Assembly: GCA_907165135.1 (NCBI GenBank)
Contig: OU015567.1
Coordinates: 186,001-250,000, forward strand
Reading direction: 5' to 3'
Length of the DNA stretch: 64,000 nucleotides
DNA from: Oikopleura dioica
Taxonomy: Eukaryota; Animalia; Chordata
The notes under the pieces are model-generated. The model saw only the letters and a program-made list of their open reading frames with translations. It was not told the origin of the DNA and ran no database searches. Positions 60,788-64,000 of the stretch are shown one piece after another; within the stretch, counting starts at the first letter, position 1, and every line of letters starts with the position of its first letter. The translations under genes and the position numbers were made by a program.

Positions 60788-61779
60788 TTGATACTTTTTG
60801 CATTAAAATATAGGTTGTTTATTTTTCTTTATTTCTTTGAAATTTCGTCATATGTCATTTGACGAGTAAAATTATCTGTAAAGCTTCTTTAATATTAAAT
60901 TGAAAATATAAATAGATCACAACTTAAAATTCTGCAAGATTAGCGCTGAAAATTTCTTGTCAAAAATTTGTGCATTCTTCCTTTAAATTTTGGCATAAAT
61001 TTTGATTTTTTGTCAAGTAGATTGCTACTTTCCCAAGTCTTTTTCAAGCTTAAGGCCTGTTTGGATCTTCTGGACCACGTTTTTTCATCTATTGTGAATT
61101 CAAATCGACCCTCGTTGAGTCCACATTAACCCTGTTTAATCTGCCTGAGCCAAAGTCATAATCAATTCCTCGATTCCACATCCCTCAACTTGCTAAAAAG
61201 CTGCTTTTGTCAGCGCAGCTTTCTTCGCATGCATATTTGATGCGTTTTAAATATTTCTGGAAATCGCGGACAAGTCTCTTGGGACTGCTCTAGGGGCGAA
61301 GGAACTGATTCTAGAGCTGAAAAGATAAATTTAAACGTATTGGAAAGAAAGAGAGACAAATAAAATAAGAAATTAAAGCAGAAAATTATGGGAAAGGATT
61401 TACAAAAAATTTTCTCGTTTTCTTAGAAAATTACTCTTGTCAAATAAATTCTGAAAAATCCGTGCAAAAGCGAATTTCACAGAAGCCCGAGTCGGCACAA
61501 TCGACCCGTCTCGCGCACTCGTCCTTGCCTCCATCCTTCAGGTTCATTTGTCAGATTCACTTTACGTTCCATTTGCCCTTCTGAATTATTTATCTACGTC
61601 TCGCTTTTTCTACATAACTTGAAAGCTGCATTCGCCACTTATAAAAACCGCTTTTCATTTTTTCCCGAGATAACAAGAAAAAAAACGCGTAGAAAAATGA
61701 TGATAAAATACATGGTTAAAAAAAAAGGTGTTCAGAATCACAAACCAGTGGATTATGGAATTCCGGCTGGGATTTGCCC

Positions 61780-63233
61780 GACGATGGATTTTAGGAAAAA
61801 GTTTGAAAGTCAATTTTATGAGAACAATACTCCATTTACAGAAAGCATATTTGAAACAAATAAAGCCCAAAAGCCAACGAAACCGAATCATCTGGTCGCT
61901 TCTGCGAAGTCGATCCGTACAAGGCAAATTACTACACGACTGGAACTGTGATCAAAAAAGTGAATAACTTCATCTGCTACGATCCTGACTTCGGCCGAGT
62001 CTACCCCGTCCGAGGAATGGTCAAAGCGGGGACGAAGGACTTAGAGAGTTATTGCCATATTTCCGTTAGTTATATCCATTCCGGATTGGAGGATGGAACG
62101 AGGGGTCCTGGGGGGAAGGTCTTTGTTGATACCAGCGTGTCCATCAATGTAAGTCTGTGCATCAAGTTGTTTTGCTCCTGACTAGATTATTTTTCTGAAT
62201 ATTTAAAAAAAATCCGCTTTGCAAATAAAAAAAAAAACGCTTTGATGCTGGCTTTGGCGCGTAGTTGACTCTTTATAACCTAAATTGACGACATTTTGAC
62301 CCCTGCTCAGCGAGTGCAAAGAAGGCGTCTCAGGACTCAAGTGTACGCATTGTGCCCCTGGGTACATTCAGACCAAGTCACCGATTAAGCCATGCGAAAA
62401 AAGTAAGAAAAAACTGCAGCAGCTCCATCAGTTATCGGTAATGTCTTGTCATTATGACCAAGAACTTATTCTAAGATACGATGGCTCAGAAATCCTGGAG
62501 GTTTTACCAGAGACTACGCGAAGTCATTTGTATATCGGTGGTCATATTCCACTTTACCGAAATCCTGATCACCCAGGCGACCTTTTTTCGATACTACTTG
62601 GTGGCTATGATAGTAAATTTGGTATCTACAGGAATTCAGTTGAGTAGCTAAGGTGATTAAATGTAGAAAAATCTCCAGAAAGGTTGAGAAAATTTGTAGC
62701 CCGGATAGTGGATGGATCGAAGATGAGAGTTTGACGTTTCCTGAAGAAGATAATACTGGAAAAGGTCTAAGTGCTTATTGCGCTGTTTCGGGGGAATTCG
62801 GACTGGTAATCATTCCAGGAAGAACAAGGTTAGTGAATATATGAAGCAAGATATTCACCAATTTAAAAGCTCGAATCGAAAAATATGGCGGCTTCACAAA
62901 AATCAATGGGAAAATATCGGACTCGTTCCATGGTAAGATAATCGAGAGTTAATTAAGTCCTTTTAATTTCTTTTGTAATTTTTAGGACATCATTCAGAGG
63001 ATACGCAAGAGCTGTTCTTTTTCCTTATAACGAGGTCAGTTGATTCTATTTGGCGATTTTGTTCATTTAATGTTTCGAAGATAATGGTCCTTGGAGGATA
63101 TTCGGGAGATTGGAAGTTCACCAAATTCATATTCAACGAAGATTTCACCTCGATCGAAGGGGAAGATCTTACCCATTTGCCCGCACTTAAAAATTGGGAT
63201 GATCTTTCTGCGATGCTTGTGCTTGAAAATTAA
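61780..63233 (+). CDS. Multi-exon protein with a C-terminal kelch-like region; start uncertain
   Basis: SILLGGYDS..RNSVE, WIEDESLTFP..AYCAVS..LVIIPG and IMVLGGYSG motifs, separated by short introns. Confidence 0.5.
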
Positions 63234-63274
63234 TGTGTGATCAACTGAGGAATAAAAAAGAGCCTGAGGAAGAC

Positions 63275-63494
63275 CTACAGGCGTGGACTAATTTTGAGTC
63301 GCGAAAGGCGACGTCATAGCAGCGCCTCAGCCAGCTATCAAGAATTCCTATCGTCCAGCCCACGAATCAGCAGGGTCACATTTGCGCGCATTTTAAACTT
63401 CATCTTCGGGCCAGATGATAGGAATTCTTGATAGCTGGCTGAGGCGCTGCTATGACGTCGCCTATCGCGACTCAAAATTAGTCCACGCCTGTAG
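63275..63494. mobile_element. Young hairpin MITE, ~77-bp near-perfect arms, TA-flanked CAGG..CCTG termini
   Basis: ctacaggcgtggactaattttgagtcgcg...cgcgactcaaaattagtccacgcctgtag. Confidence 0.85.
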
Positions 63495-63570
63495 AGCCTC
63501 TAGGCTAGAGGTTGAGTAAAAATTGTCTAATTGAAGTATATTTTTGAAAAAAAAAAGGGTTCAAAGAATA

Positions 63571-64000
63571 TTACAGTGCAACAAGCTCATCGCCATTGAT
63601 AAGAATTCCGAGATCGATTAGTTCACGAATGACACTTTCAGCTTCGAGAGGAAAATCATTGATCGTAGCCAGGCCAGAGCATTCAGCTAAGCCAGCAAGA
63701 CGAGCGATAGTGAAATCGAGACCGCAGAAGATTCGTTTCTCCCCGATTTGGAAGAAAATTCGCTCGGACATTGGGACAAACCCGGGTCCTAAAATATAGA
63801 AATTAATCAAGTGCACATAGAACAACTGAATCGTTATTTTCTGTTTTCGAAATCGTTAATTTGGAAAGAAAATAGCGTATCTTCGAATGCACAGAAGAAT
63901 TATGGCTTTCTTCTCGTACCTTTTGCCGTGGCCTTCAGTTTCATCAGTCTTACTTTCGCCGCCATGGCTCTTTGTTTGTCCGAGAGTTTCTTCTTGCTCG
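63571..64000 (-). CDS. 3' end of an unidentified gene
   Basis: Last exon reads GPGFVPMSERIFFQIGEKRIFCGLDF...LEAESVIRELIDLGILINGDELVAL*. It follows a short intron, and an upstream exon runs off the window. Confidence 0.45.

Noticed and set aside
60930-61320. Possible small gene on the minus strand
   Set aside because: All frames are interrupted by stops and no splice model could be supported.

Overview
AT-rich, compact eukaryotic genomic DNA, most likely the larvacean tunicate Oikopleura dioica or a close relative. This is inferred from many 35-50 nt introns, probable non-canonical GC/GA donors, and lineage-typical Cys-rich/kelch and ZP gene families. The window holds about 10 intron-containing genes or gene fragments: an acidic single-pass membrane protein, a secreted protein with a decayed duplicate, an astacin-EGF protease, a Cys-rich/kelch-like gene, a NEK-like kinase with three tandem C-terminal repeat domains, an SLC7/CAT transporter fragment, two ZP-domain genes, a mucin-like gene and a further kelch-like gene. 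About 30 non-autonomous DNA transposons (TTAA-, TA- and 8/9-bp-TSD classes, often nested) inflate the introns and intergenic spaces. Two findings stand out. (1) Minimal type-I hammerhead ribozymes occur in Penelope-like inserts at five loci: one GIY-YIG-encoding element with 230-bp inverted pLTRs, one non-coding inverted-repeat element, one 111-bp TSD-flanked element and two relics. The intact ribozymes all lie antisense to the host gene, and the sense-oriented copies are mutated. (2) A hAT-like MITE inserted in an astacin exon can be removed exactly as a GC-AG intron (introner-type intron gain). Exon boundaries were read by eye and are approximate.
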